Of a DNA stretch of 64,000 nucleotides, positions 51,951 through 64,000 are shown piece by piece. Under the pieces are notes generated by a model that worked only from the letters and a program-made list of their open reading frames with translations, had not been told where the DNA came from and ran no database searches. A program made the translations under genes and the position numbers. Position 1 is the first letter of the stretch; every line of letters begins with the position of its first letter. Origin of the DNA: Botryllus schlosseri. Taxonomy: Eukaryota. The stretch spans positions 3,598,001 to 3,662,000 of the forward strand of contig CM119371.1 of the NCBI GenBank assembly GCA_051294905.1. The letters run 5' to 3'.

Positions 51951-52401
51951 CGTTTTAAGGGGATTAATACTTTTAGATTCAAATATAGCGTATCGAGTAC
52001 TTTTTCTCAACTGTAATAACAACTTTTAGACTCCGGATTTTGTGTAGTATATACTAATTTACAATACCGCATTTGTAATTCGTGCAAGTACAGGAATATC
52101 ATAGTTCTTGTAACAAAGTTGTCTGCGCACAATATATGTTAATCATAAGTCCTACACATTCATGATTTCGTCCTAGTTTGAGTTTTAGAAAATATTATAC
52201 CGACATCGCGACATCTTTCAAAAACAAAACCATGATCAATGCTTGAGAGATCATTTTTGCTATTTATCATTGACATAAGTCATTCTGGAGTGCGAAAACG
52301 CATTGTACGATATAGATGAAACTTGAGCAAATCCAAGGATCCTCATTTTCAAAGTAGCTTAGATCTCGAAATAAGCTCTGACTCGCTATTCTCCTCAAAC
52401 C

Positions 52402-53186
52402 ATGGAATTATCACGAGTATCAGCACCTTCGATCACTGAAGAGAAGGATGAAATTATATCCGAAGCATATTCCTTGACCAGGAATTTTATCATGTACGAA
52501 CTCGATGGCTCATGCGTTAAGGTAAATACGAAAGCAGAGAGAACCTTACGTCGAGTTGGGTATGAAATGTTCGAGCGACATCGAACAGTCCTGAACGCAG
52601 TCTCCAAACGTCTCCGCTATAGTGATGTTGAAGTCAATGAAAAATATAAAGAATATTTACCCGATGAGCGAATGTTCCTGATGATAGCTGAGGAAATTTT
52701 CAAAGATACCAAAGAAAATTGGGGGAGGATTGTCTCCATTTTTGTGCTCGGTAGCATTCTTGCTCGCAAGAACGAGAATGAACATCACGGGGAGCATATA
52801 GAAGCTATCATACAGACAGTTGGGAATTACATTGCTAGCAAAAGACGAAAGTGGATAGTGCGAAATGGAGGATGGGTGGGTGATTTACATGCCTTGCTTA
52901 GGATTTACAAATTATCTTTAGCATGAGATATATAGTGTATCTGCTCTCCAGAGCCCATATCACCTCTCGATGATGAAATTCAGCTTTAGCTTCTAATTCG
53001 GTTCCCAATTTATATTCTACGACACGATAACTTTCCTCCGTATGATCATTAAGGCTTCTATTTTTATTGCAGGACGGCTTTGTAGAATTCTTTGATAATA
53101 CCGCTTTCGACTACAATAAAGTTTGGAAGGGACTCGTGTTTGTCGGAATCGGACTGACATCTATTGCAATAACATTATCAAGATAA
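52402..53186 (+). CDS. Bcl-2-family protein (multi-BH, C-terminal TM anchor), 195 aa; exons 52402-52875 and 53073-53186
   Basis: BH3-like LRRVGYEM, BH1 EEIFKDTKENWGRIVSIFVLG, and BH2 WIVRNGGW|DGFVEFF split by a GT-AG intron at the family's typical position. Tail VWKGLVFVGIGLTSIAITLSR*. Confidence 0.92.
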
Positions 53187-55220
53187 TGGATGTTCGCATG
53201 CTTTATCTCATGTAATATTTTACCAATATAATTCTCCATCGTTTAATCGTGGTAGTTTTTCTGTAGGATGTATACAGTTTTTCTGAGAATACTCGAAACA
53301 TTTGCCCCATAAGAAAACCTTCTTTATACTTTTAATTTTTCAAATTTCTACAGCTACGTAAGGGAATTGTTAGGGTTACCCAGAATACGCTGCAGGTCAA
53401 ATTTGATTCGAATACGAGCAGTATTGTGACAGAGATTTGCGATAATGTAAAATAACCTACCTTATACGACATCAAATTTCGTCTTCTCTCCAAGTGGAAA
53501 TATCATGTTCAATAATATTGTTTATACCGAACAAATATAAAATTGCCTATGCTGTTGCTTTGCAAGAATACTTCGCTCAGTAACCAATTTCTGGTGGATT
53601 CCAAATCGATATAGATAGAAATACGGCATACTTTACGCTCCAATTCGCTTCCCACACATTCCATATAATTACTAACAGAACAGTACCAGCCTTGAAATTT
53701 TGCGTAGTACTAGATGGCATGTATACAATTTCATGACATCCGACAGTACGACGGAGACTATCAAAATATCGGAAGGAGCTAGAGTACTAACGTTTTACTT
53801 ACTCGAAAATGACTACTTCTACCTTATTTTAAAGGATTCTTCGCTCGGAGCGAAATTTTATGTGGTTTTGGATACTATCCAAGATGTAGGCTCACTTTGA
53901 TGGGTACTTCGTAAAACTCAAATATTGCGCAGTGAGAGTTCTCAAATTCTCGAAGTATTTTTGTTATTTTTATTGCGAAAAGTCATTCTGCAGCGCGAAA
54001 ATGCGTCGTAGGATATAGATGACACTAGCACCACTCATCAAGACCACTGAAAACAGTACATTTCAACATTTAGTAGCAGTAAATTACTAGTAAAGTAAAA
54101 GAAGGTATGATTTCTGAGTGAGTTAAAAAGTATGATGGGTATTCGTTGCGTTGTATAAGCATAAAAACATTCCCGCGCGCTCGTAAACCTAACACTTCCT
54201 ACCCTACCACCTACTACTAAGACGCGCGCGCGGGAATGTTTTTTATGCTTATACAACGCAACGAATACCCATCATACTTTTTAACTCACTCAGAAATCAT
54301 ACCTTCTTTTACTTTACTAGTAATTTACTGCTACTAAATGTTGAAATGTACTGTTTTCAGTGGTCTTGATGAGTGGTGCTAGTGTCATCTATATCCTACG
54401 ACGCATTTTCGCGCTGCAGAATGACTTTTCGCAATAAAAATAACAAAAATACTTCGAGAATTTGAGAACTCTCACTGCGCAATATTTGAGTTTTACGAAG
54501 TACCCATCAAAGTGAGCCTACATCTTGGATAGTATCCAAAACCACATAAAATTTCGCTCCGAGCGAAGAATCCTTTAAAATAAGGTAGAAGTAGTCATTT
54601 TCGAGTAAGTAAAACGTTAGTACTCTAGCTCCTTCCGATATTTTGATAGTCTCCGTCGTACTGTCGGATGTCATGAAATTGTATACATGCCATCTAGTAC
54701 TACGCAAAATTTCAAGGCTGGTACTGTTCTGTTAGTAATTATATGGAATGTGTGGGAAGCGAATTGGAGCGTAAAGTATGCCGTATTTCTATCTATATCG
54801 ATTTGGAATCCACCAGAAATTGGTTACTGAGCGAAGTATTCTTGCAAAGCAACAGCATAGGCAATTTTATATTTGTTCGGTATAAACAATATTATTGAAC
54901 ATGATATTTCCACTTGGAGAGAAGACGAAATTTGATGTCGTATAAGGTAGGTTATTTTACATTATCGCAAATCTCTGTCACAATACTGCTCGTATTCGAA
55001 TCAAATTTGACCTGCAGCGTATTCTGGGTAACCCTAACAATTCCCTTACGTAGCTGTAGAAATTTGAAAAATTAAAAGTATAAAGAAGGTTTTCTTATGG
55101 GGCAAATGTTTCGAGTATTCTCAGAAAAACTGTATACATCCTACAGAAAAACTACCACGATTAAACGATGGAGAATTATATTGGTAAAATATTACATGAG
55201 ATAAAGCATGCGAACATCCA

Positions 55221-56005
55221 TTATCTTGATAATGTTATTGCAATAGATGTCAGTCCGATTCCGACAAACACGAGTCCCTTCCAAACTTTATTGTAGTCGA
55301 AAGCGGTATTATCAAAGAATTCTACAAAGCCGTCCTGCAATAAAAATAGAAGCCTTAATGATCATACGGAGGAAAGTTATCGTGTCGTAGAATATAAATT
55401 GGGAACCGAATTAGAAGCTAAAGCTGAATTTCATCATCGAGAGGTGATATGGGCTCTGGAGAGCAGATACACTATATATCTCATGCTAAAGATAATTTGT
55501 AAATCCTAAGCAAGGCATGTAAATCACCCACCCATCCTCCATTTCGCACTATCCACTTTCGTCTTTTGCTAGCAATGTAATTCCCAACTGTCTGTATGAT
55601 AGCTTCTATATGCTCCCCGTGATGTTCATTCTCGTTCTTGCGAGCAAGAATGCTACCGAGCACAAAAATGGAGACAATCCTCCCCCAATTTTCTTTGGTA
55701 TCTTTGAAAATTTCCTCAGCTATCATCAGGAACATTCGCTCATCGGGTAAATATTCTTTATATTTTTCATTGACTTCAACATCACTATAGCGGAGACGTT
55801 TGGAGACTGCGTTCAGGACTGTTCGATGTCGCTCGAACATTTCATACCCAACTCGACGTAAGGTTCTCTCTGCTTTCGTATTTACCTTAACGCATGAGCC
55901 ATCGAGTTCGTACATGATAAAATTCCTGGTCAAGGAATATGCTTCGGATATAATTTCATCCTTCTCTTCAGTGATCGAAGGTGCTGATACTCGTGATAAT
56001 TCCAT
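55221..56005 (-). CDS. Bcl-2-family protein, mirror copy; exons 55532-56005 and 55221-55334
   Basis: Reverse complement of 52402-53186 with an identical exon-1 ORF translation. Confidence 0.85.
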
Positions 56006-56456
56006 GGTTTGAGGAGAATAGCGAGTCAGAGCTTATTTCGAGATCTAAGCTACTTTGAAAATGAGGATCCTTGGATTTGCTCAAGTTTCATCTATATCGT
56101 ACAATGCGTTTTCGCACTCCAGAATGACTTATGTCAATGATAAATAGCAAAAATGATCTCTCAAGCATTGATCATGGTTTTGTTTTTGAAAGATGTCGCG
56201 ATGTCGGTATAATATTTTCTAAAACTCAAACTAGGACGAAATCATGAATGTGTAGGACTTATGATTAACATATATTGTGCGCAGACAACTTTGTTACAAG
56301 AACTATGATATTCCTGTACTTGCACGAATTACAAATGCGGTATTGTAAATTAGTATATACTACACAAAATCCGGAGTCTAAAAGTTGTTATTACAGTTGA
56401 GAAAAAGTACTCGATACGCTATATTTGAATCTAAAAGTATTAATCCCCTTAAAACG

Positions 56457-56539
56457 TACTGGGTGTTGGGTTCGAACCCACGTGAACACCTGTTCATTGA
56501 AACTTAAGTCCAACGCCTTAACCGCTCGCTCAACCCATT
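56457..56539 (-). tRNA. tRNA-Leu(TAA)-like, mirror copy
   Basis: Reverse complement of 51868-51950. Confidence 0.7.
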
Positions 56540-57219
56540 TCCATTGTAACGATATCTGAGAAACCTTTTAAATTAGGGTAGAAGTAACTATTTCCAAGTA
56601 AGTTTCATGAAGTCTCGATACGCTATACTTGACTCTGAAAATATTAATCCCCAGAAAACGTACTGGATGTGGGGTTCGAAGCCTAGACAAATAAGAGGAT
56701 CGTGATTGAAAATAGATGGAGGATCACTGGATTAACGTTAATGGAATACTCCGCAATGTAAAATTAGTATATACTGCACAAAATCCAGAGTGTAAGAGTC
56801 TTCCGGGCATCGGAATAGTGTAGTTTTCTATCTACTTTACAAAATTTATATGATTTTTCTTGATGCGTTCCGGGATAAAATGTAATTTCTCGCGCTTTTT
56901 GTTTATTTTTAATAAAATTAGTATCCATTATACAAAAACGTCGTGTAAAGGTAAAGTACGACTACAAGTACAAGTTGAGATTTCAAAGTAAGTAAGTGGT
57001 TATGTTCGTAGACTAACCCCATTTCTACGTAACGATTTTTCAGTAAGTAGTTATGTTTCTAGGCTACTTTTACTTCTATTTAACGAGTTTTCATACTAAT
57101 CTGCTTTCTTTAACAACTTTCATCTTTTTCATCAGTGAGCGAAGGTAATACCGGTGTTAACTCCATGGTCAGATGCGAGATAACAGCGACTCAGAGCTCA
57201 TTTAGATACCTAAGTTACT

Positions 57220-58477
57220 TTAAAATTAGTACCCGAGTATTTAGTTACCTAAGTTACTTTAAAATTAGTACTCGAGTTTTTGCTGCAATTATACTGCCAG
57301 ATAGTTATAGCCAGAGGGTTTCGATGGTGACGTACTTGTATAATGCACATTTTGGAGGGATTAAGTAAATCAATGATCTCAGATAAATCCATTAAATTAA
57401 GGTAGACGTATCTATTTACGAATAAAAGTTAGTATTCTAGGTCTATATTTCTGTTAATACTGAAAATGTCATGAAGTTGAAGCAATCTGAAATCATAAAC
57501 ACTTTAGTATTAGGTACATATACGCGAAAAGCTACTTTAGTATTCTGATGGAGTGCAAATACTTGTTTACTTATCAACTTTGAAGGCTTGCGCAGTTTGT
57601 GGTGTGATACGCAAAATTAGTGTGTTCAAATCAGACCTGTCGTACACATAGTGATGTCGCATTAGTCATAAATATACATGATAGAATATCAAGGAAAAGT
57701 ATCATCTAACGTTTAATGAATGTTATTTCTTTCTCGGAAGCAAGTCATTATCAAAACATAATGATCAAAATTATCGCAGAGCAATAGCGGTTTTGCGTGA
57801 ATTCCGAACAAAATCCAGAGTGTAAGAGTCTTTAGTGCATCGGAATAGTGTACTCTTCTATCTACTTTACAAAATTTATACGATTTTTCTTGCTGCGTTC
57901 CAGGATAAAATGTAATTTTTCGCGCTTTTTGTTTATTTTTAATAAAATTAGTATCCATTATACAAAAACGCCGTGTAAAGGTAAAGTACGAATACAAGTA
58001 CAAGTTGAGATTTCCTAAGTTACTCTAAAATTAGTACCCGAGTATTTAGATACCTAAGTTACTTTAAAATTAGTACTCGAGTATTTGCTGCAATTATACT
58101 GCCAGATAGTTATAGCCAGAGGGTTTCGATGGTGACGTACTTGTATAATGCACATTTTGGAGGGATTAAGTAAAGCAATGATCTCAGATAAATCCATTAA
58201 ATTAAGGTAGAAGTAGTTATTTACGAATAAAAGTTAGTATTCTAGGTCTATATTTCTGTTAATACTGAAAATGTCATGAAGTTGAAGCAATCTGAAATCA
58301 TAAACACTTTAGTATTAGGTACATATACGCGAAAATCTACTTTAGTATTCTGATGGAGTGCAAATACTTGTTTACTTATCAACTTTGAAGGCTTGCGCAG
58401 TTTGTGGTGTGATACGCAAAATTAGTGTGTTCAAATCAGACCTGTCGTACACATAGTGATGTCGCATTAGTCCTAAA
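57220..58477. repeat. ~0.8-kb-period direct tandem duplication at the right palindrome edge
   Basis: AAAATTAGTACCCGAGTATTTAG...GATGTCGCATTAGTC occurs at about 57222-57668 and again at about 58027-58472. Confidence 0.85.
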
Positions 58478-59992
58478 TACCCAGCAAACACAAAACCGTA
58501 AAAGGATCATCCGGGATCATCTCGATTAGGTTCTGATTTTCTAAGTGTCGAGGGAATGTCTAAAATACGTAGTAGGATGGTCTTGTGGTTATATTCAATC
58601 ACAATAAATTCATACTCGGTGTTGTTCCATCTCATGCATTGGGCTTCGTTATATCTGGTAGTTAACCTAATAATGCAAATTTTCTATCTCTCGCTGGTAT
58701 GACTAAAATACGTAGAAAGGATGACTTTGTCGGTACATTCAATCAGGATGAATTCCCATCCGGTTTTGTTCGATCTCATGCAGTAGCTTCGTTCTATCCA
58801 TTAGAAAACAATGTTCTCCCTTCCTTTTATTGCGTGAGGATGTCGCCGATGTTGTATATTCGTGTTGTTGCTCTAAGGTCGAACAGTTTTTTTTTTCTGA
58901 TATATATGATCTTCATTATGTATATATTCGCTCTTTCGGTAATCTCGCATGTTCAACGAGTATGGCTAATAGTTTTATTCAGAGAATAACTAAATAAGTG
59001 AGATGTTGTACGTTTAGGAATATGATTATCGATGCGTGACTTCTAGAATATTTCGGCGATTCAAATTTTACGTCATCGCGCGGGACAAAGATTTGACGCG
59101 CAAAAGGTCGCAGCCAGGCATAGTTCGCTCTTTCTGTATGGTAAATGCCGTAAATATATAGGAATTGTGACTGACTGAGGTAGCGGGTTAAAGGTATATA
59201 CGTAATAGCATATAGCTTATGGGGTATTTCGAATTGCCTGTAGTATATGACGCCTTGAGCTGTTTGACGTTCTGCAAAACAGGTGTAGACAACTATAGAA
59301 AAATTTCAGCTTTTCCAGGCTAGAATTAGAGCTAAACCGTTTTTTCCGAATTAGATTACAATTATATTACTGGCATTTCGCTCTAATTTAGTGAAATTAG
59401 ACCACTATAATTATCTAGTTGTCCAAGTCGCTTCAAACATCTGAATTACCGGTACCTATACCTACGGTACGTCATAATATTTATGCTTGAATTTTCTAGG
59501 TATATAAGTCATATAGATACATACCTGTAGAACACTTATTCGTGATTTTATAAAAGTTGGTGCAAGAATGGACATTTTCAACTTGATGTTGATTAATGGA
59601 GCAAAATTTGATATTTGAGTGCAATTATACCTCGAATCCAGTGACAAGATTATTAATCGTTGAAACCAAACGCAGCTTCTTTATGTTGGCCCAGAGAATT
59701 TAGCTAGCCAGACCATATTGATAGAATATGGTCACAGTAAGATAATATTTTGGGCTAATTTACATGAACTTTCCAACATTTGATTTGATATGTCCGCTAA
59801 AACAGTTGTTATTCTGCTTTCGAATAAGACCTAAATTGCTGATTTCTATGGTAACTGTTTGTCAAAGGTTGTAAAGGTAATTTCTTTTCCATGTTAGATG
59901 TTTGTTTGTTTGTGGTGTTCATGGTGGTGGTTCGACTACACTGGTCATTTTACACCAGGCCGGTTCTTATTATTATCATTCCGTATCTGCCC

Positions 59993-60852
59993 GATTACCA
60001 GTGAACTCGGCACTTAGTGAATTCGGCTGCACAAACTTGGCACTTGGTGAATTCGGCCGTGGTAGATCTGGTAGCGGTACTGGTCGCCATGATTGGTTAC
60101 TGGAATGTTTGCCGGTGAACTTGGCACTTTGAGTGGTTGTCAATGTCGTACGGGGGTCAGGGCATGCGTAGATCACACAGTCACGGCATGATTAGATCAC
60201 AGATTGCGTAATCGCGGGAAATAACGCGACGCTCTTCACTTGGTGAACTCGGCCCTTGGAGGAATTGGCACTAGAACACCTTCGCATTAGAAATGCATTT
60301 AATATGAATGAACAGTATCAAAAAGGAAATTTAAACGTGTCGTGACTCGCGGTAGATCTCGTAATCTTGGGATCCTTCAACCCTGTTATCGAGACACCCT
60401 AACCCGAGAGTGGAATCGTCTCTCCAAAGGCAAAAAATAATTTATTTTGATGTGATCATGCGAAACATTTGTTGATGAGGAACACTGGCTTGTCGTGATC
60501 GATAAACGAAGAAGCGCCGCTTGATCTTCCACATTTTCGATCTCACATACAACGCCAAGATCCATCTTCTCAAAACTTACACGACACAGGCCCGTCACTC
60601 ACGCCATCGATTCCAAGCAGACCGCGCGTGGTCGGTATATGAGCGCTTCGTTATTTCCCGCGGCTACGCAATCCGTGATCTAATCACGCCGTCACTGCGT
60701 GATCTACGGATGCCCTGACCTCCTTACAAGATTGACGAATCACTTGATAATACTATTATTAGTTTAATAATTCATATTAATAGCTGTTAATACTCTTCAT
60801 TACAAAATTTCCCGAGGGCCGAATTCACCAAGTGCCGAGTTCATCGGCAACC
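59993..60852. mobile_element. Non-autonomous TIR element with 8-bp TSD (Merlin- or MULE-like termini)
   Basis: GATTACCAGTGAACTCGGCACTT... / ...AAGTGCCGAGTTCATCGGCAACC with perfect TSD ATCTGCCC. A related decayed copy lies near 46180-46585. Confidence 0.75.
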
Positions 60853-61139
60853 ATCTGCCCACTTATAGCACGGCCCACTCCTAGGCTTTTTAAGACATGG
60901 CTATGCGGATCAGATGGCGAGGAGGAGCCTAGATAAACGGCCAACACTTCGGTAGGAATTATGGAGGCGACGTGTCAGGCTCGAACCCGCAATTCATTGG
61001 TGTTTAGCTATAATGGACCGTAAAATGGCACCGTAGCATTTGAAATTTCGTGTGGCAATTGACTTTTGTGTGGAAAATTGTGTTCGTTTCAGAACTTATC
61101 CGAAACTTTTATTCCGTCATAGATTGTATATGATAAAAC

Positions 61140-61640
61140 GATATCGTAATTGATCCTAGAAGAATTCCGAAGCCACTCACCACAAAGGAGGATTTAAAGA
61201 AGTTTGATGACATATTGAATGAAAGCAAAAGCCTTTGCAAGAGATGTGGTATGTTGAATCTGTTTTGTTATTTTCAAATGCTTGCCAATAGCAGACGGTA
61301 TATATAAACGTAAGATGTGGAAGCTATCAAGGTGTTATGTTTATTATTTTTAGAAATTCAGTCAGTCAAAGTGGACGATCGTATTGCTTGGATTATATTT
61401 AGGCTTATTTTAGCATCTTTGAGATGCAACTCTGAACGTGGACGGTCATGAACAGTCAACTAATTCTGTTCCTATATTGACATATCAGACATTTGCACTC
61501 GTACCGTTGGCGGCGACAATATTGGTCAGTCAGCAAAAAGCATCATGAAGAAGGTTGCCAGTCTGGTGAAATTATAGCAGAGTCGGAAAGAATGGGAAAT
61601 ACGCTTTCATCAACCTCCATTTGAACAAGATCACATATAG
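61140..61640 (+). pseudogene. DUF4806-like transposon accessory gene remnant
   Basis: Spliced-looking fragments PKPLTTKEDLKKFDDIL, TVGGDNIGQSAKSIMKKVA and GKNGKYAFINLHLNKI. A possible parent terminus TA-CCCAGCAAACAC lies at 58480. Family recognised by eye only. Confidence 0.45.
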
Positions 61641-61723
61641 TAAGAGACATTCATGATATGCTGCAAATGTCACTGTGTTCTTTGTCTAGTCACCCCACTC
61701 ATGTAACTATTGAGGCCTCATGC

Positions 61724-62210
61724 CAGGGTTGTAACCAAGTCACAAGGCTCCGAGTCGCAAGTCAATCTCACTTTTATAGTTTTGACTCGAGTCATTTTCA
61801 ATTCACCACCGAGTCAAGTCCGACTCCAAGTCAGCGAGCAGAGGGCCGAGTCCGAGTTATGGTATTATGACTCGAGCCAGAGTCATTGTGTTAGCTGCTC
61901 AGTTTCCAATTTAAATCTTGTTAAACCAACTTTTTATATATTTTTTGTGATATCGAGTGGGTCGCATTTATAATATACGAATTTTCCTTACTTTTAGCAG
62001 TTTCTGGCCGCATTTTCAAATACCAGTATCAATAGACGAAATCCCAATAGCGATTTGCTGTACTATTCTTTGAAATAACAATAAAATGTCGGTCTTGGCC
62101 GTCTGAGTCTCAAGTCATGCGCAATGAGACGAGTCATTTCAGTACTTTGAGAAGATGACCTGAGTCAAGTCGAGTCAACAGAAAAACCTGACTCGAGTCT
62201 TACAACCCTG
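61724..62210. mobile_element. hAT MITE (GAGTC repeats), intact copy of element A
   Basis: TIR CAGGGTTGTAA...TTACAACCCTG with TSD CCTCATGC/CTTCATGC. Confidence 0.85.
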
Positions 62211-64000
62211 CTTCATGCAATGAGCATTTAATTTGAAGATAAGTAGTAATTAAATAACTGGTTGGTGGTACAAAATCGTAATACCGCTTTCAAAAGTACC
62301 TTCATGATAAACGTTATTGAAACCCGAAGAACTTTTCGCGTGCCTGTTAAAGAGCTACCGGCACCATAAAGGAAGCAAAACAGAGTTGAATTCAAAACCA
62401 GATGGAGAATTATGAAGCATTAATGTCGAATTTAGAAATAACATCAATGGAGCCAGAACACAGCAACAATGCAGTGCATAACAACGGTTGCGTAAAACAG
62501 TATGAAAGCGTGACACAATTCTTTAATTATTTATTATAGTGGTGCCCAACGTAAATACTATTTTATTAAAATCCGAATTTTTCGATAGCAATAACTCCGC
62601 TTCCACTTGTTTGAATCGAACCAAATTTGATGAACATCGTTTCTATACATAACCTAACACTTTCATGGGGTGAACAGAAAAATTTCAAATTTTTTCTATT
62701 TATTTTTATATAATAAATAGAAACTTTCTTTTCCTGTAGCAATGCGGCTACTGGTTGGAATTGAACCAAATTTGGTGTGTAGGCTTGAATTAGGTAACCT
62801 AACAATTTTATCAAGCAGCAAGAACGATTTGAGAAAAAAAAGTCATTTTTTAAGAGCCCTAATGTCCATGTCAGAGAAACGTTTTAGGGTAGGCCTACTC
62901 ACATGTCTCGCAGCGTTCTCTACATAATTGTCAATTGCGATACAAACTGTTCGCTTGTATTGGTTAAGCCATCCAACTTCGAATTGTAAAATGTTGGGAG
63001 TCTTGATATCAAATTTCTGAAAGGTGCACTTTGAGAAGATTTCGTAATCTGTCAAATTATACAAAAAAATTTAGCAAATTCTTTGACATATTTCATCCAT
63101 TCGGGACTCGATCAACGTAAAAGAATTAGTAATTATTTTATACAATATATTGTATTTGTAGTTGAAGTATAGTAATAATTCTTATGGTTACCGCACTTGT
63201 AACGATTCACGGCCATAACTGGAATAATTAGAATGGTGTAACTTTCAAATTGTCATGCATTTTGCAACAACATTGTTCTCAATTTTCAAGGTGCTGATCA
63301 TTGGAGGAAGAATCACCCTTAAGCCATGAATTCACTATCCGTAAACGCGGCCGACTGTTTCTCTCCACAAGAGGAAGGAAGAGAAAAAGGGAGCAGAAAT
63401 AGCAAGAGTGTGACAAGTCGCGTCCATTCGCTTTAATGCCTATTTCCATCCGCGAAGCGCGAAGTAGTAGGTGGGAAAACTTATGGGCGTTTGGTTAGCG
63501 CTTTATAAGGTTGACTCCAGCGCTGTATTTGCTGAATGTTGCGATGAAATAGGGGTGGTGTCATTTGGTATCAATATTGACTATTAAAAGACCATTTGTT
63601 AGTGGTCATGGATTTGTTCGGCCAGTATGCAGTAATTTCTGATGGTCACTTCCCGGGCTTCTGTTCTCTAACCCCTCATGATTGTTATTCTGCTTCTAGT
63701 AAGACTGTCGATTCTAATGTTTTATCGTACCATTTGTCGGAGGTTTCGCTCGCTTTTTTACAACGTTTTGCTCTCTGCTAAGTCAATTACTGGCTGAGTA
63801 TCACTACAGCCTAAGAAACTGCACTAATTCTCATTTTAATGTCTTGCTGGTTATCTTGCTGTCAATTCTAATAATTTGTTAATGTCTATACCAGTGCCGC
63901 CACTCAAATGTTTTGTTCTCTGTACACAATATTGTCAGGTCTTCAGCTTTCCAGGCAGAGTATCATTCCACTTTCTAGACTTGAGTATATATCTCTCCAA

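Larger units (their letters stand above)
50394..58014. repeat. Large palindrome: ~3.8-kb inverted arms around a 45-bp spacer (54181-54225)
   Basis: Mirror ORF pairs have identical translations (52402-52926+/55481-56005-, 53700+/54507-, 51039-/57135+). Mirror coordinates sum to about 108407. Confidence 0.97.

Noticed and set aside
52876..52926. C-terminus VGDLHALLRIYKLSLA of the 174-aa ORF
   Set aside because: Intron read-through. Splicing at GGW|GT to 53073 restores BH2 (DGFVEFF) and a TM tail.
53700..54707. Mirror 66-aa ORFs and the 72-aa ORF across the palindrome centre
   Set aside because: No recognisable domain, TTG starts for the mirror pair, and identity explained simply by the palindrome.
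1..64000. Prokaryotic or phage defence-system interpretation of the NACHT ORF
   Set aside because: Low coding density, spliceosomal introns, eukaryotic DNA transposons and a Bcl-2 gene show this is animal genomic DNA.

Overview
AT-rich, intron-containing eukaryotic DNA. Gene style and repeat content suggest an invertebrate chordate such as an ascidian, but that is inference only. There are two host loci. (1) A multi-exon NLR (NACHT plus degenerate LRR) gene on the minus strand, about 6.6-47.1 kb. Its proposed N-terminus is a short N/I/V/G-rich, RHIM/amyloid-like exon rather than a death-fold domain, and its promoter carries two exact ERSE motifs (CCAAT-N9-CCACG) and two UPRE/XBP1 sites (TGACGTGG). 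(2) A two-exon, tail-anchored Bcl-2-family gene, head-to-head with the NLR. It is present twice inside a ~7.6 kb palindrome (~3.8 kb arms, 45-bp spacer) that also holds a degenerate tRNA-Leu(TAA), with decayed Bcl-2 fragments nearby. Introns and flanks are filled with non-autonomous DNA transposons, many with readable TIRs and TSDs: hAT types including a five-element nest four levels deep, a MULE with a 9-bp TSD, PHD finger and GT-rich satellite, CACTG/EnSpm-like elements and Tc2-like elements. All exon models were made by eye from GT-AG sites and phase compatibility and need transcript confirmation.
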